Notes under the pieces: model-generated
Database searches by the model: none
What the model saw: only the letters and a program-made list of their open reading frames with translations
Told to the model about the DNA's origin: nothing
NCBI GenBank assembly: GCA_009914755.4
Contig: CP068257.2
Location: 25,504,001-25,568,000 of the forward strand
From: the human T2T-CHM13v2.0 reference genome, Homo sapiens
Direction: 5' to 3'
DNA: 64,000 nt
Made by a program: the position numbers and the translations under genes
Shown here: one piece after another, positions 28,867 to 43,914 of the stretch
Position numbering within the stretch: the first letter of the stretch is position 1
Layout of the letters: each line of letters opens with the position of its first letter

Positions 28867-29174
28867 TTAATTTATTTTATTTTAATTTATTTTATTTTAT
28901 TTTTTTGAGATGGAGTCTCACTCTGTCACATAGGCTGGAGTACAGTGGCGTGATCTCGGCTCATTGCAACCTCCGCCTCAGCCTCCCAAGTAGCTGGGAC
29001 TACAGGTGCGTGCCACCATGCGTGGCTAATTTTTTTTTTTTTTTGTAGTTTTAGTAAAGACAGACAGGGTTTCACTGTATTAGCCAGGATGGTCTCTATC
29101 TCCTGACCTCGTGATCCTCCTGCCTCGACCTCCGAAAGTGCTGGGATTATAGGCATGAGCCACCGCACCCGGCC
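28867..29174 (-). mobile_element. Alu SINE with a (TAAAA)n-type tail and a 12-bp TSD
   Basis: The antisense Alu sequence gagatggagtctcactctgtcacataggctggagtacagtggcgtgatctcggctcattgcaacctccgcctcagcctcccaagtagctggg...gccaccgcacccggcc carries an internal deletion. The TSD agcttttatttt is present at both flanks. Confidence 0.9.
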
Positions 29175-30099
29175 AGCTTTTATTTTCTGTATTTACGTTT
29201 CTCTTTAAACAATAAATTCATTACCCTTTGTTACTTGGAAGGCTATATATTTTATATTTCCAGTGAAATAAATAATTACATTTAATATCAAATAACAATT
29301 TTTCTCCAAAAAGATTTAAATCTAGCTTACCACCTAAATTTAATATAAAGGAACTTATAAACACAGTTTGATCAAATCATAGCTAGAAAACTAGGGAAAT
29401 AATGGAGGAATTCTAAAATCTCTAGTGTTAATATGCTTGTATTCATGATTTCAAGTACTTATATGAATGTTTGAATGAGAAAACTTATGCAATTGCCCCA
29501 ATTCCACGTACTAATGTCAAGTTATTTTTAATATTTTGCTTACATTTGTTTAAATTGTTAAATATTTGAAAATGAAAATATTTTATTATATTATAAAGAT
29601 AGTATGCAATTATGAACAATATTCAAGTAATGTGAAAAAGTATAACATATAAGATTAATTAATGAAATCTTCATACTCATAGATAAGCACTCAGTTTTTT
29701 GATGAACAATTTCCGACATCTTTTTCTGCATAAAGAGAAATAAGCATATAAACATGTTATATAAATAATATCACTCTATTTTTTAAACTACATTTTCATT
29801 CAACATTGTTATAAATATCAATTAAAGTATTTTCATATAAAATGTTTTGCCTTCACAATATATTATTTCAATAATCTTATATTGATAGATATCATTGCAT
29901 TTTCATAATTTTGATAATATAAACAATGATGCAATTAATATATTTAACTTACCTTTGTTGTGCCAGTTCAATTATCTGTTAAGAAAAATACCCAAAATGA
30001 AATTGCTGGATCAAATAATATATACATTTTTAATTTGAATCACAATATATTTAACATTTATAAATGTTCAAAAAACTCACATAAAAAGTAACAAGTTTT

Positions 30100-31270
30100 T
30101 TGTTTGTTTTTTTGTTTTATTATTATACTTTAAGTTTTAGGGTACATGTGCACAACGTGCAGGTTTGTTACATATGTATACATGTGCCATGTTGGTGTGC
30201 TGCACCCATTAACTCGTCATTTAGCATTAGGTATATCTCCTAATGCTATCCCTCCCCTCTCCACCCACCCCACAACAGTCCCCGGTGTGTGATGTTCCCC
30301 TTCCTGTGTCCATGTGTTCTCATTGTTCAATTCCCACCTATGAGCGAGAACATATGGTGTTTGGTTTTTTGTCCTTGCGATAGTTTGCTGAGAATGATGG
30401 TTTCCAGCTTCATCCATGTCCCTACAAAGGACATGAATTCATCATTTTTTATGGCTGCATAGTATTCCATGGTGTATATGTGCCACATTTTCTTAATCCA
30501 GTCTATCATTATTGGACATTTGGGTTGGTTCCAAGTCTTTGCTATTGTGAATAGTGCCGCAATGAACATACGTGTGCATGTGTCTTTACAGCAGCATGAT
30601 TTATAATCCTTTGAGTATATACCCAGTAATGGGATGGCTGGGTCAAATGGTATTTCTAGTTCTAGATCCCTGAGGAATCACCACACCGACTTCCACAATG
30701 GTTGAACTAGTTTACAGTCCCACCAATGGTGTAAAAGTGTTCCTATTTCTCCACATCCTCTCCAGCACCTGTTGTTTCCTGACTTTTTAATGATTGCCAT
30801 TCTAACTGGTGTGAGATGGTATCTCATTGTGGTTTTGATTTGCATTTCTCTGATGGCCAGTGATGATGAGCATTTTTTCATGTGTCTTTTGGCTGCATAA
30901 ATGTCTTCTTTTGAGAAGTGTCTGTTCATATCCTTTGCCCACTTTTTGATGGGGTTGTTTGATTTTTTCTTGTAAATTTGTTTGACTTCATTGTAGATTC
31001 TGGATATTAGCCCTTTGTCTGATAAGTAGGTTGCGAAAATTTTCTCCCATTCTGTAGATTGCCTGTTCACTCTAATGGTGGTTTCTTTTGCTGTGCAGAA
31101 GCTCTTTAGTTTAATTAGATCCCATTTGTCAATTTTGGCTTTTGTTGCTATGGCTTTTGGTGTTTTAGACATGAAGTCCTTGCCCATGCCTATGTCCTGA
31201 ATGGTATTGCCTAGGTTTTCTTCTAGGGTTTTTATGATTTTAGGTCTAACATGTAAGTCTTTAATCCATC
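30100..31270 (-). mobile_element. L1PA-family L1 3' end (about 1.17 kb: ORF2 C-terminus plus 3' UTR) with a 17-bp TSD
   Basis: The antisense sequence tttaagttttagggtacatgtgcacaacgtgcaggtttgttacatatgtatacatgtgccatgttggtgtgctgcacccattaactcg...gattgccattctaactggtgtgagatggtatctcattgtggttttgatttgcatttctctgatggccagtgatgatgagcattttttcatgtgtc is very close to young L1PA consensus. The TSD aaaaagtaacaagtttt lies at 30083-30099 and again at 31271-31287. Confidence 0.9.
30678..31187 (-). pseudogene. L1 ORF2 C-terminal fragment (169 aa ORF)
   Basis: The translation ...[49 protein letters not shown] is the L1 ORF2p C-terminus. The copy is 5'-truncated and cannot retrotranspose. Confidence 0.9.
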
Positions 31271-34200
31271 AAAAAGTAACAAGTTTTAAAAACTGTTCTT
31301 TTCCAGTTTTGCAATGTGAAATATAATTAAGTTAAATTATCCTAACAAGGACTTGGAAGTGGGGTCTTTGAAATTAATGAATAATTCTATATTTATTCCT
31401 AGAAATTAACTTTGGGCAAGTATACTTTATACATTCTCCTTATTATTTTTCTTATTGCTTATTTTTTCATTATAATTCAAGTAATAAAGACCTAGATAAT
31501 TTTATAATTATGTATCTATGTGGTTTCATTTTTTAAATGACATTTAAAAATTAAGAAACTTCACAGAATGCTTAACATTTGACAAATATGTTTCAAAAAT
31601 GAAAACAATCTTGAGTATTCTTCTAGGTCATTTTTCCACAGATACATTTCATAATACTGTACTAAAATCAAATTTAATTTGTTAGATTTCAGTGTTTTAG
31701 GGTCTTACTTTGCAGCTGCAAATGGTAACCTCTCAGCTGCTTTGACGAATTCATGGGAGTTGGCCTGCCAAATGGTCTGATAAATCACTGTTCAGTCTGG
31801 ATAAAAGCAAGGACTAAAATGTTCATTTGTAAGGATCCTGCAAAACAACTGAAACCAACTTGATTCTTGATTCTTACCAATATCTCATTTGTCCACTTCT
31901 TTTCAATTAACTCCCTGCTCAGACATGTATACCCAATTACAATTTGGTAAAGGAAAGGAGCATTATTATCTGTAGCTTCACACATTGTATACTAAACAAG
32001 ATTCACCATTCATTCAGTAGGTGAGTATCCTTGAAGGCTTTATTTTACCTTGCCTTAGTTTCCTCATTCACAGAAGGCAGATCAGAGCTACTTCCTAATA
32101 ATAGTTAGCATTTACTTACTTACCAATTTACTGTTTGGATTTGAGGCTAAACATTTTACTATCATTAGTTATTGTCATAAACACGATCTCCAAATAGTAC
32201 GCACTCTTTAAAGTTAATGAAGATGCCAGAGTGCTTTTGTTTATGTGGATCATACCTATATATAGTTACCATACTAGAAATTAGAACATTATCTATGTAT
32301 TTATTTTTGAAAGTAATTGTAATAAACTTATTATATGTTAAGTTACATATTTTCATGAACAATAGTATTATTTTAAAAATAAAAATAATGGCACATTTCA
32401 TATTTGCAATTCTCTTTCTTGAGTTTCATAGAACTGGAATCTCCAACTGTTGTTGTATTTAGTTTATCAATACATTATTTTTATTAACGTATGCTAAGAA
32501 AATCCAGCCTCACACAATTATGTGGATACAAAAGAAACCAATATTTTAATTGTACTTTCGGATAATTAATTGTACTTTCGGATAATTGTGAACATTCTTC
32601 TTTAATATTTGACAAAAACTAAATAAATGATAATTTCATAAAGATTAGTTGCAGAGCATAATCTGAAACGGTATCAGTGAACATTTGATACTCTGTTACC
32701 CTATAATATTGGTTTATTTTTCGCTTTCAATGTATCATTTATTCATGCAGATTTTGGAACATCATGCATTGGTCATTTGGACAATATTAGTTCACTGAAT
32801 TAGGCAGATATTCTAAATGTTGATACATTTTGTTATATAATATTAAAAAAATCAGTAATATCACCACTAATCTTACCTGAAAAGTCTTTAAGTATTGGGA
32901 AGGGGTCAAGCTCACAATAACAGATACAAATATACCAAAGTTCTAATTTTTGTTTGAAAACTTAAATTTGAATACTGTCTGTCTGTTGTTTGCATTTAAG
33001 ACTCACTTCATTTCTGAGAAAATATCTATCTGCCATATATCCTAGTTTAAGTAACCGTAGTCTATCCATCAGTCATCCTTTCAAGTAATACTAGTGTTCA
33101 AGGAAGAAAACAGATGGTTTGGCTCATAAATCAAACATAAATTTATATTCCTTTAGACAACAATGATATAAGAATATGCAAAGCACTTTATATGTGTACT
33201 TCTCATTTCTTCATTTAATTACCTAATTACTTTGACACAGAATATGAGCTGAATAATATATTTTACATATGCATATATTCAGATTTATAATCTTTGATAT
33301 TTTTGCCTTATTACATACTAGTGATATAAAATATGTTAAGAGCAGAATCTTACACACTTACATTAATTCTAACTCTTTACCTTTGTGGCAGTGGGAATTT
33401 ACATTTCGTAAACTTCTTGAGTCTCAGTTTTGTCAACTAGGATTATTAACTATATAGGTAGATAGACAGGAAGGTAGTTAAAGATAAGATGGCCTGCATC
33501 ATACAGTTAGTGTGAGGATTAAATGAATGTATACAACACTCTCAGCACAGAAAGCATTCAATATATGGTATTAAAATAACAAGATCAAGACTTACTTGCC
33601 CAGAGGCTGAACCCGTGTCTCCTTGTTCCATGTTCAAGGTTCTTTTCCATATGCTCGGACATCTTCTATAACAGTTTTCTATGCCAACAAAAACATACAA
33701 AGATGATTCGTTATTTCAGGTTACTTAATGATCTTCTGTCTACCAATGTGAGTTTTCCCTCTTCTAAATTGAGTTTGGTTTTGAGTGTAAAATTAGACCT
33801 TCCTTCATCATTTGGATCATCATATCACATTTCGCATAGGAGAGAAATGTACTTTCAAATGCCTTTTAAAGCATAATTGAAACTTGTTTTGAGTCCATCA
33901 GGCATGACACTTGTCTGTTAAGGTTTTTGCAAATAGCTCATTCAAGTTATCTACAACATAATCTCTCAGGTCAGATTCCTTTTTTTTTTTTTTTTTTTGT
34001 CTTTTTTCCCATCAGATACTCCTGTAGTTATTCTTATTGCCTTGAAGTAGTTATATCCCTTTAAACTCTCTGATATCCAAAGTTACTTCAAATTGTGTAC
34101 AGTTAGACATATATAGACGTTTTAGATTGAGTTTTTCCATAGGATCTCGTTAGGGTAGATGCTTTAATTTTTCATTAGTCATAGTATAGAGAAATGTATT

Positions 34201-35658
34201 TTAATGGCTCCTGGTATTTAGCATAATGAAATTAAAGTAATAATGACAATAACAACTGCAACAGTATCCGTGGCAGCAACAACAACAACAACAAAAATCT
34301 GGCCCTAAATTTGCCTTTTTAATTTTTTTCTGTGACTTCTGTCCTCACTTAGAACATGTACTTAAGATTAGAATGTTGCATAGAAGAAGCCATGATCACA
34401 TATGCTGAATTATATTCATTTCCAGTGGATTAATATGTTGAAGATAGGTAATTGTAACAACTATTAGTTTTGTCCTTTATCATTACAAGTTAGCCATCAA
34501 AACTTTTTCTTAAAATGATTAAGATTTTAATTTGCCATTTATAGCCAAGGGGAGTAGAGTGAGGAGGAAAAGCATTTTCCTCAGCACCTCATCTGTTGAA
34601 TCAGTGTGACACTGAACATTGTCTACAATGCATCTCCAAAAATCCAAGCCAAAACAAACCTAAGTTTTCTTTTTCTTCTTCACTGTGTGGCCATTGAAAA
34701 AAGAAAAGGATATGATTGCCTTTGTTCTCCCCATTTTGTCTTCTTATGGAGGAAAATTCTGAGTCTATTTCATGAGCTCATTTTTATGTATTTAAAGGAA
34801 TAATAAGATTAAGTATAGACAAAGGTATATGAGTCAACCAGTTAATGTGGGCTTGAAATGGGATGGATTTTACAACAGATAAAATTTTAAAGAAAGACAA
34901 AAACATCTTGCGCTATTGAGTCAGTGGGCACTTTCCAACATTTCACACTGATCTTTAGTATTTAATTTCTGTGTCATCAATTTTCTTTCACCACAGCCCT
35001 TCCCTTTTCTGTTTGCAGTGTCTGTCTTTTTTTTTTTTTTTTTTTTTTTTTTGTCTATGCAGACATTTGTTCTGTCTGTTTTAATATAATTGTGGCTGGA
35101 GAGAAATGAAAAATAGTTTGAGTAAGGGTTTCTTTTATATAACAAAAATTGTTATTGAATTTCTATGCATATGCTTTAACAATAAATCTTAACAACAAAA
35201 GAGAAGAAAATGTGTTTTCTTTTCTGTGAACCCTTTCTTTACAAAGAAAGATATTTCTAAAATTTCCAGAATAGTTAAAATGTTACATGATAATAATGGG
35301 AACATTTGTTATTTGACTATTCTCATATTAGATTGTTCTTTTGATCTAAAAATGGTTATTGTGGTGAAATTTACTATTATAGCTTATTAAAACTACATGC
35401 TTACTGTGACAAAAAATAAATAGCATGCATGATGTGATGTTTAGATAGGCATATTTTTAAAAGATGTCATTTACAATGTTATGTAGAATAAATAAATAAT
35501 AAAGGGAATGGGATAAAATAAGAAAAATAAGTACAGAGGTTTGGGAGATAAATGAGATACAGGTTGTCCAGCTCCTCTTTTCTACTCTCCTTTACCAGAC
35601 CACCCTCCTCTAACTAATTTTTTAAATTTTTATCTTAATATGAATGTCCCTTATTTAC

Positions 35659-35776
35659 AGTCAAATATCTAAATAATGTAAAATACACCATATAAAATTA
35701 ATCTCTGTCCCTCTGCAGACTTCCTCATGTATCCCACTCAGTCTTACATTAATCAAAGAATTGAAATGAAGCCTTC
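35659..35776 (+). repeat. copy A of a 116-bp direct repeat pair
   Basis: agtcaaatatctaaataatgtaaaatacaccatataaaattaatctctgtccctctgcagacttcctcatgtatcccactcagtcttacattaatcaaagaattgaaatgaagccttc. Confidence 0.8.
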
Positions 35777-36394
35777 TGTGTCTCACTCCATACTTTCACC
35801 CAATTATCCATGCTCATGAATTATGAGCATGAATTATTAATAATAATTATGAATCATTAAGAAAATTTCCAAATTTCTATGTCAAGCTCACGTAATCTAA
35901 TTTTATGCTATAATTGTCCATTTGGATAGCTAAAAGACACCACAAAACCGTAAGTCCATAATTGAACTCATGATCTTCACTCCCAAACCTAGACCCCTCC
36001 ATGGCAGGATTCCCTCTCTCCATAAAACATATCACACAGGACTAACTGCCAGACATTATGTCTAATACGACTTTCTCTCCCTTACCCCTGTATCCAGTCA
36101 ATTACCAGCTCTATCGACTTTATCTTCTAAATTTATCTCTAATTCTTATGCTACTCTCCATCTGTGGTGTCATTAGCATCATGTTCACTCAAGCTATTCT
36201 CATCTGATATTGGTTTCCCAAAATGTCTACCCACCTTTCTGTGATCTCTCTTTAATCCATGCTACACCTAACAGCTTGAGGGATCCTAAAATTTGAATCT
36301 GAGGATGTCATTTTTTTGCATACAAATTTTTATTGTTGTATTAGTCAAGGTTCTCTAAGGAAATAGAAACAATAGGATGGATCTATATTTAACC

Positions 36395-36900
36395 ATCTAT
36401 ATCTACCTACCTACCTACCTAGAAAAAAGATATATATACAATAAATAATACATAAATCTATTAAATATATAAATTAAATACATTTATTTAACATATAAAT
36501 ACATATTATTTTTAAATATTTAATATTTTAATTAACTTAATAAAATTTAATTTTAATATTTAATATATAAAATATTTAATATATAAATATAAATTTATGT
36601 ATATCTTATATAGAAAATATTTTAGTCAAATATCTAAATAATGTAAAATGTACCATATAAAATGAATCTCTGTCCCTTTGCAGACTTCCCCATGCATCCC
36701 ACCCAGTCTTACATTAATCAAAAATTAAAATGAAGCCTTCATATATATACACACTATATATATACACAAGATATATATATACAAGATCTATCTATCTATC
36801 TATCTATCTATCTATATATATATATATATATACACACCACACAAGATCTATATATACATATATATACAAGATACATATATATATATATATATGTCTTGTA
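36395..36900. repeat. compound microsatellite and AT-rich low-complexity cluster
   Basis: (TACC)n at 36395-36420. AT-rich degenerate tandem repeats (taaatatataaattaaatac...) at 36430-36620. (TATC)n, (TA)n and (CA)-rich mixture at 36740-36900. Confidence 0.85.
36625..36740 (+). repeat. copy B of the 116-bp direct repeat pair (about 90% identical to copy A)
   Basis: agtcaaatatctaaataatgtaaaatgtaccatataaaatgaatctctgtccctttgcagacttccccatgcatcccacccagtcttacattaatcaaaaattaaaatgaagccttc. Confidence 0.8.
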
Positions 36901-37365
36901 GTCTGCCATTAACCTGGAGAACCAGGAAAACTGGAAGTGTAATTCAGTCTGAGTCCAAAGGCCTGAGAATGAGGGGAGCCAATGTCCAGGGGCGGGAGAA
37001 GATGGATGTCCCAGTTCAATAAAGAGGGAGCAAATGTTCCCTCCCTCCACCTTTTTGTTCTGTTTGGGCACTTAGATTGGATGGTGCCCACCCACATTGG
37101 TTAAAGTGATCTTCTGTACCCAGTCTACTGATTCAAAGGGGAATCTTCTCTGAAATACCCTGAGAGTCACATCCAGGAATAATGTTTTACTGGCTATCTA
37201 GGTATCTCTTAGCCCAGTCAAATTAGTACATAAAATTAACCATCACAATTCCTCTTAGCATGAATACAAAAATGTTTCAAACAACTTAAAAAGATGCAAG
37301 ATCTGGTGTATTTATAATTCTTCAACCTTGTTTGCACAACTCTCCACAAACTGAAATGTGTTTGT

Positions 37366-37583
37366 CTGTTTTGAGACAGGATCTCCCTCTGTCACTCAGG
37401 CTGGAGTGCAGGCTGGTGTGGCACGATCATGGCTCACAGTAGTTTCGCCTTCCAGACTCAAGTGATTCTTCCACCTCAGCTTCCTGAGTAGCTGGGACTA
37501 CAGATGAGTGCCACCAAGCTCAGAGAATTTTTTAATTTTTTTGTAGAGATGAAGTCTCACTATATTGCCCAGACTGGTCTTGA
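37366..37583 (-). mobile_element. Alu SINE, partial, old (AluJ-like)
   Basis: gagacaggatctccctctgtcactcaggctggagtgcaggctggtgtggcacgatcatggctcacagtagtttcgccttccagactcaagtgattcttccacctcagcttcctgagtagctgggactacag. Confidence 0.85.
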
Positions 37584-37915
37584 ATAAAATCTTTTAAAAT
37601 CTCTTAAGAAATAGGTGAGTTTATGTTAAGTGCTTAGAATAGTGTAAAATACTTAGTATCATATAAATATTAGTTATTATTATTTAGTTTTTCTTGTAAC
37701 TGTTTCTTTAACAATGAGCAGAGTACCTGGGACATAGTAGATGAATAACAAATTTTAATTTATACTACTAATAAAGGAGGATTGGTCTATGATTACAATA
37801 GTAAAAAAAAAAATTAAAGAAAGGATGGATAAAATTTTTACTTGAAAAAATCTGGAAAGACTTTGTGAATGAAATGTATGAATCACAAAGAAGGGTTTTA
37901 AGAGTTCTTGAATAG

Positions 37916-38245
<330 letters not shown>

Positions 38246-39194
38246 ATGATACATTTAGAGGGTAACTTTGGTGTAGGGGAAAATAGCAGAGATGAGCTTG
38301 ATTTGGAACTTGATGATTCTGAAATGATGATGAGGATTCCAAATGGAAATGCATGGCTGGCTTCTGAAGCTGTGGGATGTGAGGTGGTGAGAGAAAACTC
38401 AAGATTGGTGGTCGAGAGCATAGAGGTTGAATTGAAGTCATAGGAATTTGTGCTGAGGTAGAAATGCCTAAGTGACTGCAGAGACCCTTGCCTCCTTTGT
38501 TAAATGGTAATAGAATGGGAGCTGGGCACATGGAGGCGTAGCGAGACTCCATTTTCTAGCCTTTCTTCAGTTTACCATTCTACTGGCAAAACTTTTTCAT
38601 GTGGCCTTTCCATGTCCTCTCTTCTATCCTGCTGACAGTTCTGGCTGTCAGTCCAGCCTAGGCCCTACATCAAAGCCCTGGGGATTGCAGAGCTACGAAA
38701 TAAAACGAACATAGATTCATGGTTAAGGTACCACCTGAAAATCTTCCATGCTTCTCATGGACTTCTGCATAAGAAAGATAAATAAATCCTATCATTTTTT
38801 TAAGTTACTAAATGTGGAATCTGTTTGTTAGTAGATTTGTCTTTCCTATTAACCAATGGGAAGTATGTATTTTTAAAAATGTGTTTCCTGGCCCTAAGGT
38901 TTACTGGTGCTGTGACCTGAGATAAGTGACATAATGTCTTTGAATATATTTCCTGTAAATTGGAGCAGTGATAACTGTCAGGGTTGTTTAGAGATAACAT
39001 GTGCATTACTGAAACCTGTGCCTGGCCTAGAATAGATGAGCTCTAAATTGTAGCAGTTATTATTATTGTTATCCTCCCATTTCTATATTTTCTCTTGCTT
39101 CTTGAAGGAAATGTAAACTATATACGTGGTGACATGTGCTAATGATAAACTTGCACACAAGTCTTTTTGATCATTACATGGCTTGCCATTTACA

Positions 39195-39520
39195 TTTTGT
39201 CTTAGTCTGTTCAGGCTGCTGTAACAGAATGCCACAGACTAGGTGGCTTATAAACAACATAAATGTATTTCTGACAGTTCTGGAAGCAGGGAAGTCTAAG
39301 ATCAAGATGCTGGCAGATTTGGTGTTTGGTGAGAATCCATTTTTTGGTTCATAGCTTTCTAGCTGTGTCCTCAAATGGCAGAAAGGGCAACAAAGGCAAC
39401 TCTGGGGTTTCTTTTATGAGGGCACTAATCTCATTCATGAAGTCTCCGCCTCCTAATACTATCACATTGGGTATTAAGTATCAACACGTGAATTTTGGGG
39501 AGACACAAGCATTCTGCATA
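39195..39520 (-). mobile_element. MLT1-type MaLR LTR
   Basis: cttagtctgttcaggctgctgtaacagaatgccacagactaggtggcttataaacaacataaatgtatttctgacagttctggaagcagggaagtctaagatcaagatgctggcag. Confidence 0.6.
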
Positions 39521-40708
39521 TATATCACTTTTCAGTCAATGTTTGCCAAAGAAGCAGGATATTTAGGAGAAAAAAATATTTATGTAATATGGAAAGTTGG
39601 TTTTCCTCCTGAATTCAATATCGTCATTATCACATTTTACACTAGACATGAGCTTTTACTTAAAAACATTAATATATTACATGTTACATTTAGAATGTAT
39701 TTTAGCTAATATATTAGAAAAAATACATACTATAAACAAGTAGCTTGCCTTTGCAAACTAATGAAGTTGAAATTCAGCATAGTCCATTTTCTTGTGGTTA
39801 TGTTTTTATCACAATAACTTAATTTTCACATGTATAAATTGCATTGTGAATAATCATTTTTATGTAACTGCAATAAAAATGGGTAGCAGTAATTAATTGT
39901 TTATGACTTGAACTTAATGTATTTTATATTAAATTGTATTTGGGAAATTATTGAGGAAGTTTCTTAATTCATCCTTTAGTTAAATGAAGGGCATATTTTA
40001 TTTTAATATATTTGAAGTATTCATATACATTTATTGAAATAGAGAGAAGACATTAATAAGATTTTTTTTTCCTCTTGGTACTAACCCCTGCTTTTTTTTT
40101 CCCCAGAAAAACAAAGATATATTTCCTCCTGACTAAAGTAGCACCATGTTAAAGGATGTAGCAATCATTACAGATATTTCTAAAGAATTCTCCTATGTGG
40201 ATGGAAAATAATTTAGAAATTTTCAAGGTTAGCTTTACAATTGAATACAATCTCTCTATAATGAGTGGTCCTTTCTTTCTTGACCATTACCACTCAGACA
40301 GCTATGAATGAGGTAGTACCTTGGTTTTTGTTTAGCTTAAGTTTTGATTAAAATGCTTATGATTATGAAAAACAATTCCAAGATGAGTTTATACTTTCAT
40401 GCCATTCCCAGTGGAATCTATTTACATATCTGACGAACACAGTACAAAGCTTCTACTCCAACCAGAGAATCACACTCATCCTCAAAAGATTGAAGAGTAG
40501 ACCTCAACATGAAAAGCACGAAAAACATTAATAAACAATGTGCCGAACATGTGCCAGTGTTGGTAGAAATGAAGGCTGAATTTAATACAATTCCCCTGGA
40601 GTTATCAAAGATAGGAGCCAATGTATGTTAAGATTTTCTAAGTTTTAGTGATGTTTGTAAACTTCAGGCAATATTGAAAAGATAATGTATTTTAAAAGTG
40701 GCTATGGT

Positions 40709-41080
<372 letters not shown>

Positions 41081-41284
41081 TTAAATGCATTATCCCATTT
41101 AATACTCACAATAAAGCTTTGAGATCTGTAATGATATTGCCCATATTTCATAGATGAAAAAGCTAAGGCTGAGCAGTTACATGACTTACAAAATGTCCAG
41201 GCAGCTGACACTGCCAAGAATCCACACAGGTCTGTCTGATACCAACAACCATTCACTGCAATGCCTAACATGAATTCATGAACT

Positions 41285-41289
41285 GCCTG

Positions 41290-41338
<49 letters not shown>

Positions 41339-41350
41339 TGTGTGTGTCTA
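41285..41350. repeat. long (TG)n microsatellite of about 30 units
   Basis: tgtgtgtgtgtg...tctgtgtgtgtctatgtgtc. It is translated as THTHTH in two spurious ORFs. Confidence 0.9.
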
Positions 41351-42554
41351 TGTGTCTGGTGTGTACATGCATCTGCACCCACTTTAAAGATACTACCCAG
41401 GGTATTGATTTACCGGGAGCATGATCTGGGCTGAGCCAGTATAATTTCTTTTTTGGTTTGTGCATACCCAGATTTGATGTTTTTGGAGATTGTGTCTGAG
41501 CATTTTTCTGAAGCCACAGTGCATTAAAAGATTAAACATCCATGAAGCCCAAAAGAAATCTGGAGCAAATTACAAACAAAACACCTACTACCAGCTTCTT
41601 CCAGGAGCTACCCACAAATTACCCACAAATGCACTCTCCCTCAACTTTCATGGAGTTTGTTCCATTTTTAATACATTAGAGAGAAATTAAGTTAGGAGTA
41701 CAGGAAGAATAAGTTATGAACATCAAAAATAATCCTAGTGAGAATTTTAGCTTTGTAATGTTGATGTGTTAGGGATCTAGCTTCTTGTGCCTAAAAATAA
41801 TTGATATTTTCATATTTTGTACTTTCCATCCTGGGGAGCAATAGACATAAATGTAACAAATACAATAATAACAGCTAATGTTTAGTAAGTGCTCTTAATT
41901 TTTTACATGGATGAATGCTTTTCATTCTGAAAGCAACCCTATGAGGTATATATTATTACTATTATCCCCTTTTTAAAGAAGGGACACATGAGGCCACACA
42001 TGGCTAATTAATTTGCCTAAGCCGCCATAGCTCATAAGTAGCAGAACTGGCCTCTGAATGTAGACAAATTGGATCCATGAGTGTGGGAACTATGCTATGC
42101 TCATTATTTTGAGTGGCTTATTGGAGAGTTTACTAAAACGGTCGTATAGAAAGACTAATGAGTGAAAGAAAGAAACAGTTATCAATATCAGAACTAAAAA
42201 GAGTTTATCAATATCAGAACTAAAAAGAGTTTACCAGTATCAGGAATAAAAGGAACTCACAAATACTGAAAGAGCATTAAGAAAATATTATTAACCACTT
42301 TACTTCAATAGACTTGACAACTACATAAAAACAATAAATTCTTCAAAAACAAACGTACCATGAAAAACAATGGAAGAAATTATTTAAATGCCTCTATGTA
42401 TTAATTAAATTGATTCTGTTGTTAAAACTTTTCCCATAAACTCCAGGTCTAGAGAGCTTCACTGGTAAATTCTTCCCAATACTCAGAGGAGGGAATTACA
42501 CCAATTTTAGAGATTATCTCTGATAACAAATAATGACGACAACAAAGACAATGA

Positions 42555-42866
<312 letters not shown>

Positions 42867-43914
42867 ACGTTTCTCAACTCTTGATGAGGACAGCATAACC
42901 TTGATATCAGCATAAAACAAGAACATTATAATATAGGGAAATTACAGATCAATTTCTCCAATGAACATAGATAAAAATATCTTAAGCACATTGCATCCAG
43001 CCACATTCAAAAATGGTAATATGTCAAGCAAGTATGTTTTAACATTTGAAAATTAGTTGTAATAATTCACTATGTTAACATAAAATTCACATGTTAACAT
43101 AACAAGGGAGAAAATTCAACACACACTTACGATTAAAAAATCTTTACAAACTAGAAATAAAAGGGAAGTGATGAACAGTATCTACAGAAAACTTTGTAGC
43201 CAGCATTAACCTTATCATCCCTTATTGAAAACTTTCCACCTGAGATTGGAGAAGAAAGATTGACAATTTCTAATATCACTTTTCATCAACATTATACTAG
43301 AGAGAAACTATATAAAGATTGAAAATGAAGTAATAGTTTTAATTGATTGCAGACTATTATTGTGTACCTGGAAAATCTAATTTCAAAACTATATTAGAAT
43401 TAATGAGTAAATTTAGTAAAGTATCAGAATGTAATAATAATATACAACATTTCCATTTCTATAAACCAACACTGTACAGAAAATGAAAGAGAATATTAAA
43501 TACATAGATGCAAATTTTAAAATGATGCCAAAGATTTCTACAATCAATGCTATACCATCTTATTTAAATAAACTTAAGAAGACCTAAATATATCTAGAAA
43601 TAGACCACATCCGTATATTTTATTGTAGATGCAAGACTCTGGAAAGTTGTCAATTATTACAAATCAATCTATAATTTTAATTCAATCCTAATCTAAACTT
43701 AATCAGCTGATTCTAAAATGTATATTAAATTGAAAAGATCAAATAATTGCCAAGAAACTCTGGAGAATTGATAACACCAATTATTAAGACCTGTTACAAA
43801 TCTATAGTAAATAAGATTTGTGATATTGGGGAAAATGTCAGCAAATAGACCAATCACACAGAATACAGAGTTCAAAAACAGAAGAATTATATGCACTTAT
43901 CTAATGTATGACAA

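Noticed and set aside
30678-31187. Longest ORF in the window (169 aa), tested as a possible host gene
   Set aside because: It is the C-terminus of L1 ORF2p inside a 5'-truncated L1PA copy. It is not an independent gene.
33985-35055. Poly-T runs of about 28-30 nt (33985-34012 and 35028-35055), considered as SINE tails
   Set aside because: No Alu or L1 body adjoins either run. They appear to be free homopolymer tracts, or remnants of very old retroposon tails.
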